The notes beneath the pieces were generated by a model that was not told the DNA's origin, did no database searches, and saw only the letters and a program-made list of their open reading frames with translations. Shown here piece after piece: positions 1-9,772 of a DNA stretch of 64,000 nucleotides. A program made the position numbers and the translations under genes. This DNA is from Candidatus Moraniibacteriota bacterium (lineage in GTDB: Bacteria; Patescibacteriota; Minisyncoccia; Moranbacterales; UBA1568). The stretch's first letter is position 1. Each line of letters opens with the position of its first letter. Location: assembly GCA_013334245.1 (NCBI GenBank), contig JAAXXZ010000004.1:127-64126 (forward strand), in the 5' to 3' direction.

Positions 1-2
1 CG

Positions 3-1220
3 GTGGTCCGTATCGTGGATACGCTCCTGAAGCATGCTATCCTGCAATCAGCATCCGATATCCATATCGAACCTTCGGAGAAAGAAGTATTGGTCCGGTA
101 TCGGATCGACGGTGTTTTGCACGATGCGATGAAACTGCCCCGTGACGCGGCGACCGGTATAGTCGCTCGCATAAAGGTGCTGTCGAACCTCAAGCTCGAT
201 GAACATCGGCAGCCGCAGGACGGACGCTTCAAGATCGAGAAGGACGGTTATCGTATCTCGTTCCGGGTGAGTATTCTTCCCGTTTTCGACGGGGAGAAGA
301 TCGTCATGCGACTTCTCGACGAATCATCGAAAGGTCTGACGCTCGAGAAGATGGGGCTCTCCGGACGCGCACTCGAGGCGGCGCATCGGGAGATACGGAA
401 ACCGAATGGTATCATCCTTGTGACCGGTCCGACGGGTTCGGGAAAGACGACGACGCTCTATACCGTCATGGACATCCTGAACACTCCCGAGGTGAACATA
501 TCGACCGTCGAGGATCCGGTCGAATATCGCATGCCCCGGGTGAATCAGACCCAGATAAATCCGAAGGTCGGCATGACGTTCGCGGCCGCGCTCCGGTCGC
601 TGCTCCGTCAGGACCCGGACATCCTCATGGTCGGCGAGATCCGCGATCAGGAAACGTTGGAAATCGCGCTGCATGCGGCGATGACCGGGCACCTTGTCCT
701 TTCGACCCTGCATACGAACAGCGCTGCGGCGACGCTTCCACGTATGCTCGATATGGGCGCCGAACCGTTTCTTATCGCATCCACGACGAATGTCATCATC
801 GCCCAGCGGCTCGTTCGGAAACTTTGTCCGGAATGTCGGAAACCATACCAACTCGATCCGAAGGAGGCGGAATCTTTCGGCAAACATATCGATGTCGGGG
901 AAATCGTCGCGTATCTGAAGTCCGCGGAGGCGGGCGGATCCGCAAGAGGGAAAGCGATGTCTCTCAGTGATTTCACCTTCTATCGTCCTGGCGGATGCGA
1001 ACAGTGCGGTGGAGAGGGGTATCGGGGCCGTGTCGGCATCTACGAAGTGCTCGAGATGGATGCCGATATCCAGAAGCTTGTCGCGCAATCCGGAACGTCC
1101 GAGGAAATCGAGTCGAAAGCCAAACAAAACGGCATGCTTTCCATGTCGATGGACGGATTCGGAAAGGCGGCTGCGGGCATTACGACACTTGAAGAGGTGC
1201 TCCGCGTGACCAAGGAATAA
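3..1220 (+). CDS. GspE/PilB family secretion/type IV pilus ATPase (5' end outside window)
   Basis: ASDIHIEP, Walker A GPTGSGKTT, VEDPVEY, LRQDPDILMVGEIRD, TGHLVLSTLH, two CxxC pairs. Confidence 0.95.
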   Translation: MVRIVDTLLKHAILQSASDIHIEPSEKEVLVRYRIDGVLHDAMKLPRDAATGIVARIKVLSNLKLDEHRQPQDGRFKIEKDGYRISFRVSILPVFDGEKIVMRLLDESSKGLTLEKMGLSGRALEAAHREIRKPNGIILVTGPTGSGKTTTLYTVMDILNTPEVNISTVEDPVEYRMPRVNQTQINPKVGMTFAAALRSLLRQDPDILMVGEIRDQETLEIALHAAMTGHLVLSTLHTNSAAATLPRMLDMGAEPFLIASTTNVIIAQRLVRKLCPECRKPYQLDPKEAESFGKHIDVGEIVAYLKSAEAGGSARGKAMSLSDFTFYRPGGCEQCGGEGYRGRVGIYEVLEMDADIQKLVAQSGTSEEIESKAKQNGMLSMSMDGFGKAAAGITTLEEVLRVTKE

Positions 1221-1448
1221 GTTCGGTGGGGTCGAATCATCCGCCGATGGGGTCACATGATTTTCTTCGTGTGGAAAAGATTCAATATTCTTTGCTTATA
1301 TAAGCCAAGAATAGTTTCTTTTTGGGTTTGCCAGGATTTGAAAAACGCGCTATCATGATGAGTGGAAGTGAACGCACCCGGATGCGGGGAATCCGTATCT
1401 CTAAGCAGCTTCCGTGATGGAATACATGGGAGAAAACAGAGGGAACCT

Positions 1449-1835
1449 ATGAAATTCCAGAAACTCCTTTTCGGGGTCCGTTTTTTTACCGTTCTCTCCC
1501 TGACGGCGTGGGTTTCGGTGCTTTTTTTCGTCGATCCGGAGACGTCAGGCCTTCCCGGAGCGGCGATTTTTCTGGGGACGTTATTCTCCGGGCTGTCCGG
1601 GGTCTTTACGCTCATCCTCGTTTCTCTTGCCCGAAGGTTTCTCGGCGAGTCCGGGGCGTCTGCGTCGTTTCATGCGCTGTTTCGTCAGGGATTCATCCTT
1701 TCCGCGTATGTCGTGGCACTGCTCGCATTGTCGAGATTCGGCATACTGGCATGGTGGAACGCACTTCTTGGGCTCGCGACGGCACTGTTGGTGGAGTTTA
1801 CGGCCCGAAGGGTATCGATGCGGGAGGAAGCGTGA
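1449..1835 (+). CDS. Hypothetical membrane protein (about 4 TM)
   Basis: Hydrophobic ORF; start moved to ATG 1449 (MKFQKLLF). Confidence 0.75.
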   Translation: MKFQKLLFGVRFFTVLSLTAWVSVLFFVDPETSGLPGAAIFLGTLFSGLSGVFTLILVSLARRFLGESGASASFHALFRQGFILSAYVVALLALSRFGILAWWNALLGLATALLVEFTARRVSMREEA

Positions 1836-1906
1836 TATGACGGTAGTTGCGATGTCCTGGCCGGTTGTTCCGATATGTGAATCTTGAACCTGATATCTTA
1901 CCGATT

Positions 1907-3961
1907 ATGGCAAAGAAAGATACCGAAAAATCAAACTACGGCGCGAAGTCCATTCAGGTCCTCGAAGGACTTGATCCGGTGCGTAAGCGCCCGGGCATGT
2001 ATATCGGCGGCACCTCGACCGAGGGTCTTCACCATCTGATCTGGGAGATCGTGAACAACTCGATCGACGAGGCGATGGCCGGGCACTGTACTGATGTCGT
2101 GGTCAGACTCCTTCCCGATAACGTCGTGGAAGTCGAAGACAATGGGCGAGGCATTCCGGTCGAGATTCATCCGCAGACGAAGAAGTCCACGCTTGAGACG
2201 GTGCTTACCGTGCTGCATGCCGGAGGGAAGTTCGGCGGCGATGGGTACAAGATTTCCGGGGGTCTGCACGGGGTCGGCGTCTCGGTCGTGAACGCGCTCT
2301 CGGAATGGACCCGGGCGACCGTCCGTCGTGACGGAAAATTATGGATGCAGGAATTCAAGCGCGGTATCCCGCAGGGGTCCGTGAAAGCGATCGGCAAGGC
2401 GACCGATACCGGTACGACCATCACGTTCAAGGCGGATTCGGAAATCTTCCCGGAAATCGAGTACGGTTGGGAGAAGATCCTCGAGTATCTGCGGTATCAG
2501 GCATATCTCACGAAAGGCGTCCGTATCCAGGTCGAGGACCTGCGTGAAGCGGACGCGCCGGGAAGCGCCCATCTCGCGAAGCGGTACGGTTTCTATTTCG
2601 ATTCCGGCATCATCTCGTTCGTGAAATTCCTGAACCGTCGCAAGGACGTGAAGAACGAGGTTCCCGTCTATATCGAGAAGACCGTGGACGGCGTCTACGT
2701 CGAGATCTCGCTCCAGTATACCGACAGCTACAAGGAGCATCTTTTCGCGTTCGCGAACAATATCTACAATCCCGAAGGCGGCATGCACGTCACGGGATTC
2801 AAGATGGCGCTGACACGGGTCCTGAACGACTATGCCAAGAAGAACGGCCTCCTGAAGGAGAAGGACGGGGCGATGACATCGGACGATCTGCGCGAGGGGC
2901 TGACGGCGGTCATCTCGGTCAAGCTCGCGAACCCGCAGTTCGAGGGTCAGACGAAGGCGAAACTCGGCAACAACGAGGTGAGGGGCATCGTCTCGTCGGT
3001 GCTTTCGGAAGGGCTGAACGAATATCTCGAGACTCGGCCGGCGGACGCCAAGGCGATCCTTGAAAAATGTCTCCTGACGGTCCGGGCGCGCATCGCCGCA
3101 CGCGCTGCCAAGGACGCGGTCATCCGCAAGGGCGCGCTCGAGGGCATGACGCTTCCGGGCAAACTCGCCGACTGTTCGACCAAGGACACGCAGCGCAGCG
3201 AACTCTACATCGTCGAGGGCGATTCCGCAGGCGGCTCGGCCAAGCAGGGGCGGAACCGCGAGTTCCAGGCCATCCTGCCGCTTCGCGGCAAGCTTGTGAA
3301 CGTGGAAAAGACCACGCTCGACAAGGTCGTGAAATCCGATACCCTGAAGCCGATCATCATCGCCCTTGGTGCGGGTATCGGGGAAACGTTCGATATCTCG
3401 CGGCTCCGGTACGGCAAGATCATCGTCATGGCGGATGCCGACGTCGACGGTTCGCATATCCGGACGCTTTTGCTGACATTCTTCTATCGGTACTACGAGG
3501 AACTGGTCCGCAACGGGAACATCTATATCGCCCAGCCACCGCTCTATCGTCTGCAGAAAGGAAAGACCGTCCGATACGCGTACAATGACGACGAGAAGAT
3601 GCGTATCCTTGAAGAAATCAAGAAAGAAGCCGATCTCCGCGCGGAGAAGAAAGGAAAGGTTGCCGCCGTAAAGAAAGTCGAAGTGGACGAGCCTGGTGAG
3701 GAGACGGACGAGGCGCCTTCGGAGGGTGAAGAGAAGGTCGGGGGCGTTTCGATCCAGCGGTACAAAGGTCTCGGAGAAATGAACCCGGAGCAGCTCTGGG
3801 AGACGACCATGAACCCCGCAAGCCGTCTTATGCTCCAGGTCAAGATAGAAGACGCGGAAGCGGCCGACGAACTGTTCGACATTCTCATGGGGAACGAGGT
3901 CGAGCCGCGTCGCAAGTTCATCCAGACGCATGCGAAGACGGTGAAGAATCTCGATGTCTAG
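1907..3961 (+). CDS. gyrB: DNA gyrase subunit B
   Basis: VRKRPGMYIG, GGLHGVGVSVVNALS, EGDSAGG, DADVDGSHI, RYKGLGEMNP; start ATG 1907. Confidence 0.97.
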   Translation: MAKKDTEKSNYGAKSIQVLEGLDPVRKRPGMYIGGTSTEGLHHLIWEIVNNSIDEAMAGHCTDVVVRLLPDNVVEVEDNGRGIPVEIHPQTKKSTLETVLTVLHAGGKFGGDGYKISGGLHGVGVSVVNALSEWTRATVRRDGKLWMQEFKRGIPQGSVKAIGKATDTGTTITFKADSEIFPEIEYGWEKILEYLRYQAYLTKGVRIQVEDLREADAPGSAHLAKRYGFYFDSGIISFVKFLNRRKDVKNEVPVYIEKTVDGVYVEISLQYTDSYKEHLFAFANNIYNPEGGMHVTGFKMALTRVLNDYAKKNGLLKEKDGAMTSDDLREGLTAVISVKLANPQFEGQTKAKLGNNEVRGIVSSVLSEGLNEYLETRPADAKAILEKCLLTVRARIAARAAKDAVIRKGALEGMTLPGKLADCSTKDTQRSELYIVEGDSAGGSAKQGRNREFQAILPLRGKLVNVEKTTLDKVVKSDTLKPIIIALGAGIGETFDISRLRYGKIIVMADADVDGSHIRTLLLTFFYRYYEELVRNGNIYIAQPPLYRLQKGKTVRYAYNDDEKMRILEEIKKEADLRAEKKGKVAAVKKVEVDEPGEETDEAPSEGEEKVGGVSIQRYKGLGEMNPEQLWETTMNPASRLMLQVKIEDAEAADELFDILMGNEVEPRRKFIQTHAKTVKNLDV

Positions 3962-4063
3962 CGCACGGTTTCCGGCTCTCCGGACGGGATTGACGGCCTG
4001 ACGGAGCCGTGTTATCATCGTGGAACGTTTCCCGGGTTCTTTTTTCGAAGCTTTCCGAAGGCT

Positions 4064-4396
4064 ATGGGACACTCCCTGGAAAACCTGAAGCCGCTTATCC
4101 GCTGCCCGGTCTGCCAGAAGAAGTACGATCCGTCGAAGGTCGTACTCTTGTCGGAGGATGACCGGAAGACGGTGCTTCATATCGCCTGCGAGTCGTGCGG
4201 CATCTCTTCGCTCGTGTTCGTCTCCCTCGGGAAGATGGGCGCGGTCAGCTTCGGAATGCTGACCGATCTCGGGCGCGACGAGGTCCGTTCGTTCTACGGA
4301 GGCGAGCCGGTCTCGGCGGACGATGCGCTTGCCGCGCATAGCTTTCTGAAGGGATTTCGCGGCGGCGCGAAGGAATGTTTCGAGAATAAATGTTGA
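4064..4396 (+). CDS. Hypothetical zinc-ribbon protein
   Basis: CPVC...CESC pairs, 110 aa. Confidence 0.75.
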   Translation: MGHSLENLKPLIRCPVCQKKYDPSKVVLLSEDDRKTVLHIACESCGISSLVFVSLGKMGAVSFGMLTDLGRDEVRSFYGGEPVSADDALAAHSFLKGFRGGAKECFENKC

Positions 4397-4444
4397 TCCG
4401 CGGTTCCGTTACGGATACCATAATCGCTTTATCATACACAGCAT

Positions 4445-5107
4445 ATGTCCGACACGATCACGCTCAAGGCTTCGGTCCGCGAGGCCGGAAAGGGGCTGCA
4501 GACGCTTCGGAAGAGCGGATTCATCCCGGGGTCCGTCCATGGCCACGGCATCGAGCCGACTAACCTTTCCCTGGAGAGCCGGGAATTCACCCGCGCGTTC
4601 AAGGCGGCCGGTGAGAACACGATCATCGCGTTGACTATCGACGGCGCCAAGCCGGTGAACGTGCTCGTGAAGGAGGCACAGATGCACCCGCTCACGAACC
4701 GCTACACGCATGCCGATTTTTTCCAAGTCCGCATGGACGAGGTGATCGAGGCGACCGTGCCGTTCGAATTCGTCGGTGATTCCGCGGCGGTCAGCGAATT
4801 GGGCGGCGTACTTATCAAGGCGTCCGATGAGGTTGACGTGAAGGCGCTCCCGGCCGATCTTCCGCATACGATCCAGATCGATCTGTCCGCGCTCAAGACG
4901 TTCGACGACGTCATCAAGATCGGGGATATCGTACTGCCGAAGGGCGTGACCGTCGACGCCGATGTCGAGACGGTGATCGCGCTCGTGGAGGCTCCGCGAA
5001 CGACGGCTGAAATCGAGGCGCTTGACGAGAAGGTCGATGCCGATGTGACGAAGGTCGAGAAGGCCGGAAAGCCGGCCGAGGAGTCGGCGGAAGAGGCCGC
5101 GAAATAG
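4445..5107 (+). CDS. rplY: 50S ribosomal protein L25/Ctc (long form)
   Basis: LRKSGFIPGSVHGHG, QMHPL..HADF, beta-domain PADLPHTIQIDLS, acidic tail. Confidence 0.95.
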   Translation: MSDTITLKASVREAGKGLQTLRKSGFIPGSVHGHGIEPTNLSLESREFTRAFKAAGENTIIALTIDGAKPVNVLVKEAQMHPLTNRYTHADFFQVRMDEVIEATVPFEFVGDSAAVSELGGVLIKASDEVDVKALPADLPHTIQIDLSALKTFDDVIKIGDIVLPKGVTVDADVETVIALVEAPRTTAEIEALDEKVDADVTKVEKAGKPAEESAEEAAK

Positions 5108-5129
5108 GGATTTCCGCCGGTTTTCTTCC

Positions 5130-5158
5130 TTGACGGATTCGCGTCGACTCGCTACCAT
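5130..5158 (+). promoter_or_regulatory. Sigma70-like promoter of putative ncRNA
   Basis: TTGACG-N17-TACCAT. Confidence 0.6.
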
Positions 5159-5164
5159 GGTAAG

Positions 5165-5310
5165 AGCTTGGACGGTCGGGAATCCGATTTCCGGCTGGAG
5201 GCTGAAAGCCGGTCACCCCTCCTACGCCGGCCGAGGTGAAAACGGATGAAGCGGGCTTGCCCGCGGATTCCGAGCTCCAACCGGAAATCGGATTCCTGAC
5301 ATACGTTCGG
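5165..5310 (+). ncRNA. Unidentified structured non-coding RNA
   Basis: 26-bp stem 5175-5200/5275-5300 (1 mismatch, 1 GU) enclosing several small hairpins; own promoter and terminator; no credible ORF. Confidence 0.6.
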
Positions 5311-5312
5311 AA

Positions 5313-5350
5313 AAAGAACGCCCCGTATACGCGGGGCGTTCTTTCGTTTT
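5313..5350. terminator. Intrinsic terminator, probably bidirectional
   Basis: AAAGAACGCCCCG-tatacg-CGGGGCGTTCTTT. Confidence 0.8.
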
Positions 5351-5428
5351 CGGCTGAAATCGAAAAGTAATCGATTTCGTGGCTTATCCAAGCGCAATAG
5401 TTTTCACGAAATCGAAAACCAAGAAGTT

Positions 5429-6385
5429 TCAGGACTTGTATCGTGTCGGTGTCACCGAAACGATGCAGGCATTCTTCCTTTTATTGGCAGTGAAGAAATC
5501 GATCCTGAAGCCTATGTTGTTGAACGTTTCGACGATGGTTTCTTCCGCGAACTTCTTGCTGATGGCGAGCAGGATTTCCTCACCCTTTTCGAACTCGACG
5601 CGGTGTCCTGCGATGTTAATCGCCTTATCCGAGTTCATGGTCAGTACCATCTCTATCTGTTTCAGGTTTCTGTTCCACCGGACGGAGTATTCCTCGAAGG
5701 AGCAGTCCATGTCGTATCCCTTCAACGTCGCCGATACGAGATTGAACACCTCTTCCGTCCGATAATATTCGATGAATTTCTGGGAGGCGAGCAGGTTCGA
5801 TATCTGATTCCCGATGATGAGCGTATCGTTCGGAAACATCGAAAGCTTGATATCGGTCAGGATCTTCTCCGTATTCTCGAAATTTCCGAGCGTGTTTCCG
5901 AGCAGGAAGAAATAGTTCTTGGTACGCTTCTCCTTCGTAAGTTTGAGGATCTGTTCCAAAATCTCCCCCTTTTCAAAATCAAACAGCACCTTGATGATCT
6001 GGACGTCCGGAAACCGTTCCGTAAGATTCTTTTCCGCCTCATCCAACATCTTCGGACTGATGTCGACCGGGATATACCTGACCGTCGCCTTCGTTCTGAG
6101 AAACTCGAGAACCGGAATCATCGGGATGCCGTCGCCGCACCCGAAGTCGACGATATTCACCGTGTCGACGTCCGAATCGACTTCGCGCAACATGTACGGA
6201 AGGGATTCCGTTTTCAGGAGGTTTTCCTCGAATTGGATGGAGTGTTCCGATCGGCTTTTTTCGGCGATCTCGATCCATCTCCGGTACCCGTCTCCGACGT
6301 AGGCGAATTTCAACGGCGATACGGCTCGGGAATCGAGCGCGGAAAGGAGTTCGAGTTCCTGGTTTTCATTGAGATAACCCCGCAT
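5429..6385 (-). CDS. SAM-dependent methyltransferase, EgtD/Methyltransf_33-like
   Basis: PLKFAY, IVDFGCGDG, YIPVDIS, FLLGNTLGNF, ISKKF. Confidence 0.8.
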   Translation of the reverse strand: MRGYLNENQELELLSALDSRAVSPLKFAYVGDGYRRWIEIAEKSRSEHSIQFEENLLKTESLPYMLREVDSDVDTVNIVDFGCGDGIPMIPVLEFLRTKATVRYIPVDISPKMLDEAEKNLTERFPDVQIIKVLFDFEKGEILEQILKLTKEKRTKNYFFLLGNTLGNFENTEKILTDIKLSMFPNDTLIIGNQISNLLASQKFIEYYRTEEVFNLVSATLKGYDMDCSFEEYSVRWNRNLKQIEMVLTMNSDKAINIAGHRVEFEKGEEILLAISKKFAEETIVETFNNIGFRIDFFTANKRKNACIVSVTPTRYKS

Positions 6386-6432
6386 ATTCGTTGTCGATAA
6401 GAAAAGAGTTACTGGTCACCCTACCGCGTTCA

Positions 6433-8913
6433 TTATTTCGTGTCGACATGAACGGTTCCGGTCGAAGTCCCGCCGGAGACGGCGACGGTCGATCCGTTAC
6501 CGGAGAGGGCGCAGGCGGTCGCGGAGGCGAACGCTTCGTTGAAGAGTTGGGAGACGAGCGTACCGGTTCCGCTTACGATGAGTATGCGCTTCGCCGGAGC
6601 GTCGAGCACGACAAGCCTGTCGGAGACATCGGAGTTCGCACAGACCGAGGTGATGGAGAACGGGGTGGCGGGCTGCTGAAGGGAAAAGTCGCTCACGGGG
6701 TTTCCCCGGAAGAACGCCGTCAGGGCGGATCCGGCTCCGTAGATATTCTCGCTGACCGCGATGCGGTTGGTGTCGACGGGCATCGTGGATTTCGTCCACT
6801 GGATACCCTCGCCGAATCCGCCGTCTGCGCGCGGGAAGCGATATATCCGTCCGGTTCCTTCCTCAAGGAAATAGAGATATGTCAGGAAGTCGCCCATGGC
6901 TGCCGCCTTGAATCCGGACGGGAACGGGATGGAGTTTTTCACGAACGTCCTGTTTCCCGGCGCGAAGGAATACAGATCGCCGCCGTCGGTCAGGAGGAAG
7001 ATGAGCCCAAGATCTTCCATGCCTCCGGCCAGGCGGACCGCATCCGAAGTCGGTAACGCGGCCGTCGTATTTTTCGCCGTATCGAACACCCCGTTTCTCG
7101 TCACGAGAAACAGCGAGTCGCCGAGATAGACCGGTGAGACGATATCGTGATCCGCCATCGGCAACGCGGCGACCGATGTAAGCGAGGCATTCGTTTCCTC
7201 GGACGGCGGGAACGGAGTGACGACGGGCGTTTCCACGACGACGACCGGTGCCGGCTCAGGCTTCTTTTCCGGCGCGTTTTTCCAGATGACGATTCCGAGC
7301 CCGGTCACGAGAAATGCGGCAATCGTGGCGAGGATGATCTGCTGTTTCTGCGGAAGGGAAAGGAACCGGTCCCATGCGGCTTTGCCGAGCACGGCCGTCC
7401 GTTTCGCCCCCCAGATCGTCAGTCGTTTCGTGAATCGATAGGCGTTCTTGGATGCGGGAACCGCATATCGTACGGTAAGTTCCCTTGTCGTCTTCGCTGC
7501 CTGTGAAAGGAATGATGCGGTCGCGACGGCCGCCTCACTCGCGCGTTTCATGAATGTCGATTCCGGTCGGGGAACGGGGAATGTCGACGTGTTCCGCGGC
7601 GTTTCTTTTCGGAGTAGTGCCGCGAGCCGGGCTTCCTTTTCGGCTCGATCCGACGGTTTGGTCGCGCTCCGGACTGTCGAGGTCGTCATGGCCGCGGCTT
7701 CCGTTCTCGGTCTTTCCGGACGTCGTTCAACCGGTTTCGGTTCGGTGCATCGTTCCGGCGCGATGTTCACGATGGGCGCCGCGGATTCTTTTTCCGGTCG
7801 GGAAGCGGACTTGTTCTGACGGTTTTCCATGGAAGCGGACGCGGCTTCGGATAAAGAACCGAATGCCGCTTCGCTTCTTTTCCGCGTCTTTCGGACGGAA
7901 TGGGTGACCGAATTCCGGACGGAACGGACGGTATCCTCGATCATCCATCTGAACTTGGTCACTATCGGATGCTCGTCGGCGTTTTCAAGAGCCTCGCCCT
8001 GGATGCGGATTTCGTGGGTCGGGGGTGCGTCGCGGTCCGGCTCGGCCGCGATGTCGGCTTCGGGGTCATGCGATTCGAGGATGGACTTCGTCCGTTCCGC
8101 CGCCGCTTCGCGGAATGTCTTTTCACTCCAGGCGTTCACCGGTTCGGTTTTCGTCGGTCGCTTCTTCGGACGCTTCGTCTCCGATCCGGATACGCCCGTT
8201 TTTTTCACTCCGTCGACGTCGAGTATGATCGCGCCTCCGACGCGAAGCTCGTTGACCATCGCGGTTTCCAGGAATCGCGTGAATTTTTTTTCCGGAAGGA
8301 GACGATTGGCGTTTCGTTCCAGGTCCCGCGCCGAGAAAAGGCCGAACAGTTCCGGTGTCGAGAGCAGGACACAGTCGCCCGGCATCAGCCGGCCACTCGA
8401 AATCTCCAAGAACGTTTTCAACGGATGTTCCCCTGCTTCCTCCGAAGCGAGTCCGTCCCCGATGTCCGAGATCGTCGCTTCCCGAAAAAGAAAGACACCG
8501 CCGTTTCCGGTCGCGGAGAAATGGATGTTCCTTTTTTCCACCACCGCGATGGCTCCGTGCAGGCTTCCCATCCAGTCCGTCTGCCCGTTCTTCACCAGTT
8601 CGGACAGGGCAAGGTTGATGCGGTGAAGGGTCGATTCGAAACTTTCGATGGCTCCGCGACGCGGGTTGGCATAATATTCCTTCTTCGCGACGGATGCGAT
8701 GACGTTCACGGTGTATGCGGAGGATTCGGAGCGATCGAATACGGAAAAAACCCCGACAAGCGTTCCCAGGTGTTCTTGGGTGACGTTTTCGGGGCGAAAG
8801 GCGAAAGTCTTTATGTACGGTTCGACGGCGCGACTTCTGGCGACGGGAATCTCGGTCGCATGCACCGCGATATCCGGGAGCGGTTCGACGGCCCCAGGTT
8901 TTTTCTCTGTCAT
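6433..8913 (-). CDS. Large hypothetical protein: degenerate PP2C-like N-terminus, low-complexity linker, single TM, beta-rich C-terminal domain
   Basis: 826-aa ORF from ATG 8913; SGRLMPGDCVLLST; TM IILATIAAFLVTGLGIVIW. Confidence 0.7.
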   Translation of the reverse strand: MTEKKPGAVEPLPDIAVHATEIPVARSRAVEPYIKTFAFRPENVTQEHLGTLVGVFSVFDRSESSAYTVNVIASVAKKEYYANPRRGAIESFESTLHRINLALSELVKNGQTDWMGSLHGAIAVVEKRNIHFSATGNGGVFLFREATISDIGDGLASEEAGEHPLKTFLEISSGRLMPGDCVLLSTPELFGLFSARDLERNANRLLPEKKFTRFLETAMVNELRVGGAIILDVDGVKKTGVSGSETKRPKKRPTKTEPVNAWSEKTFREAAAERTKSILESHDPEADIAAEPDRDAPPTHEIRIQGEALENADEHPIVTKFRWMIEDTVRSVRNSVTHSVRKTRKRSEAAFGSLSEAASASMENRQNKSASRPEKESAAPIVNIAPERCTEPKPVERRPERPRTEAAAMTTSTVRSATKPSDRAEKEARLAALLRKETPRNTSTFPVPRPESTFMKRASEAAVATASFLSQAAKTTRELTVRYAVPASKNAYRFTKRLTIWGAKRTAVLGKAAWDRFLSLPQKQQIILATIAAFLVTGLGIVIWKNAPEKKPEPAPVVVVETPVVTPFPPSEETNASLTSVAALPMADHDIVSPVYLGDSLFLVTRNGVFDTAKNTTAALPTSDAVRLAGGMEDLGLIFLLTDGGDLYSFAPGNRTFVKNSIPFPSGFKAAAMGDFLTYLYFLEEGTGRIYRFPRADGGFGEGIQWTKSTMPVDTNRIAVSENIYGAGSALTAFFRGNPVSDFSLQQPATPFSITSVCANSDVSDRLVVLDAPAKRILIVSGTGTLVSQLFNEAFASATACALSGNGSTVAVSGGTSTGTVHVDTK

Positions 8914-9119
8914 ATGGTCGGCTTCATTATAGCACAATCTTCCTCTGATACGTCCGTTCCCGTGACATCCGTTCGGACCGTTTACCTCATGTTTCGGTCC
9001 GGTTCCCGTTCATTCCATCCAACCCGGTGTCGGGTCGGGCTTCGGGACCGTTTTGACTTCCGGTCCGCTCTCGGGTACAGTGGAGAGAGGAGGGGAGAGT
9101 TCGTCCATTTTCCGATACT

Positions 9120-9725
9120 ATGTCTTTTTCCCTGTTCGAATCCCTGTTCGGTTCAAGAGTCCGCGCCCGTCTTATCCGCCTCTTCGTACTGAATCCGGAA
9201 GGCGAGTACACGACTACCGACATTGCCGCGAAGACGCTCCTCCCTAAAGCCGAGGTTTTCCACGAAGTGCTCCGTCTCCAGAAGATGGGATTTCTTCGGA
9301 CGGTCCCGCGCCGGAAGGTGAAGACATATCAGATGCGGCCGGATTTTTCGTTTTTCCCGGAACTTCAGAGTCTCGTGCTGAAATCCAATGTCGGTGTTTC
9401 CCACCGGATGTTCCAGAAACTGCAGACGGCCGGAGAGGTAAAACTCATACTCATCAGCGGATTGTTCCTGAACCATCCGAAGAGCAAGGCGGACATGCTG
9501 CTCGTCATCAACAACGCCCACAGGCTCCGTCTGAAGGCCGCGATGGAAAAACTCGAGGCGGAAATCGGCCGTGAGATCCGGTTCGTCCTCATGGACACCG
9601 ACGAGCTTCATTACCGACTCAACATGCTGGACCGGTTCCTGATCGAGTTCCTCGAAGGTCCGTACCAGGAGGTTCAGAACCGCGTGCCGGAGATCAAGCG
9701 CTTCATAGCCGGGCTGAAGAAGTAA
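9120..9725 (+). CDS. Winged-HTH plus nucleotidyltransferase-like protein
   Basis: LFGSRVRARLIRLF; LISGLF...ADMLLV. Confidence 0.7.
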   Translation: MSFSLFESLFGSRVRARLIRLFVLNPEGEYTTTDIAAKTLLPKAEVFHEVLRLQKMGFLRTVPRRKVKTYQMRPDFSFFPELQSLVLKSNVGVSHRMFQKLQTAGEVKLILISGLFLNHPKSKADMLLVINNAHRLRLKAAMEKLEAEIGREIRFVLMDTDELHYRLNMLDRFLIEFLEGPYQEVQNRVPEIKRFIAGLKK

Positions 9726-9772
9726 ACGGCCTCGGCGGTCTTCGTTCCGACATGAGATAACGGCTCGTTCTT

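Noticed and set aside
3600-3745. Intein or insertion element in gyrB
   Set aside because: Only a short K/E-rich in-frame loop, with no intein terminal residues.
2339-4339. Long antisense ORFs (also 14689-16191, 16366-17850, 27477-28940, 32487-34001, 52159-54162)
   Set aside because: Shadow frames opposite well-supported genes, expected with GC-rich codon bias; no motifs.
5165-5310. SRP RNA, RNase P RNA, 5S rRNA or HDV-like ribozyme
   Set aside because: No SRP helix-8 motif, no GAGGAAAGUCC, only superficial similarity to 5S, and the HDV nested pseudoknot could not be built.
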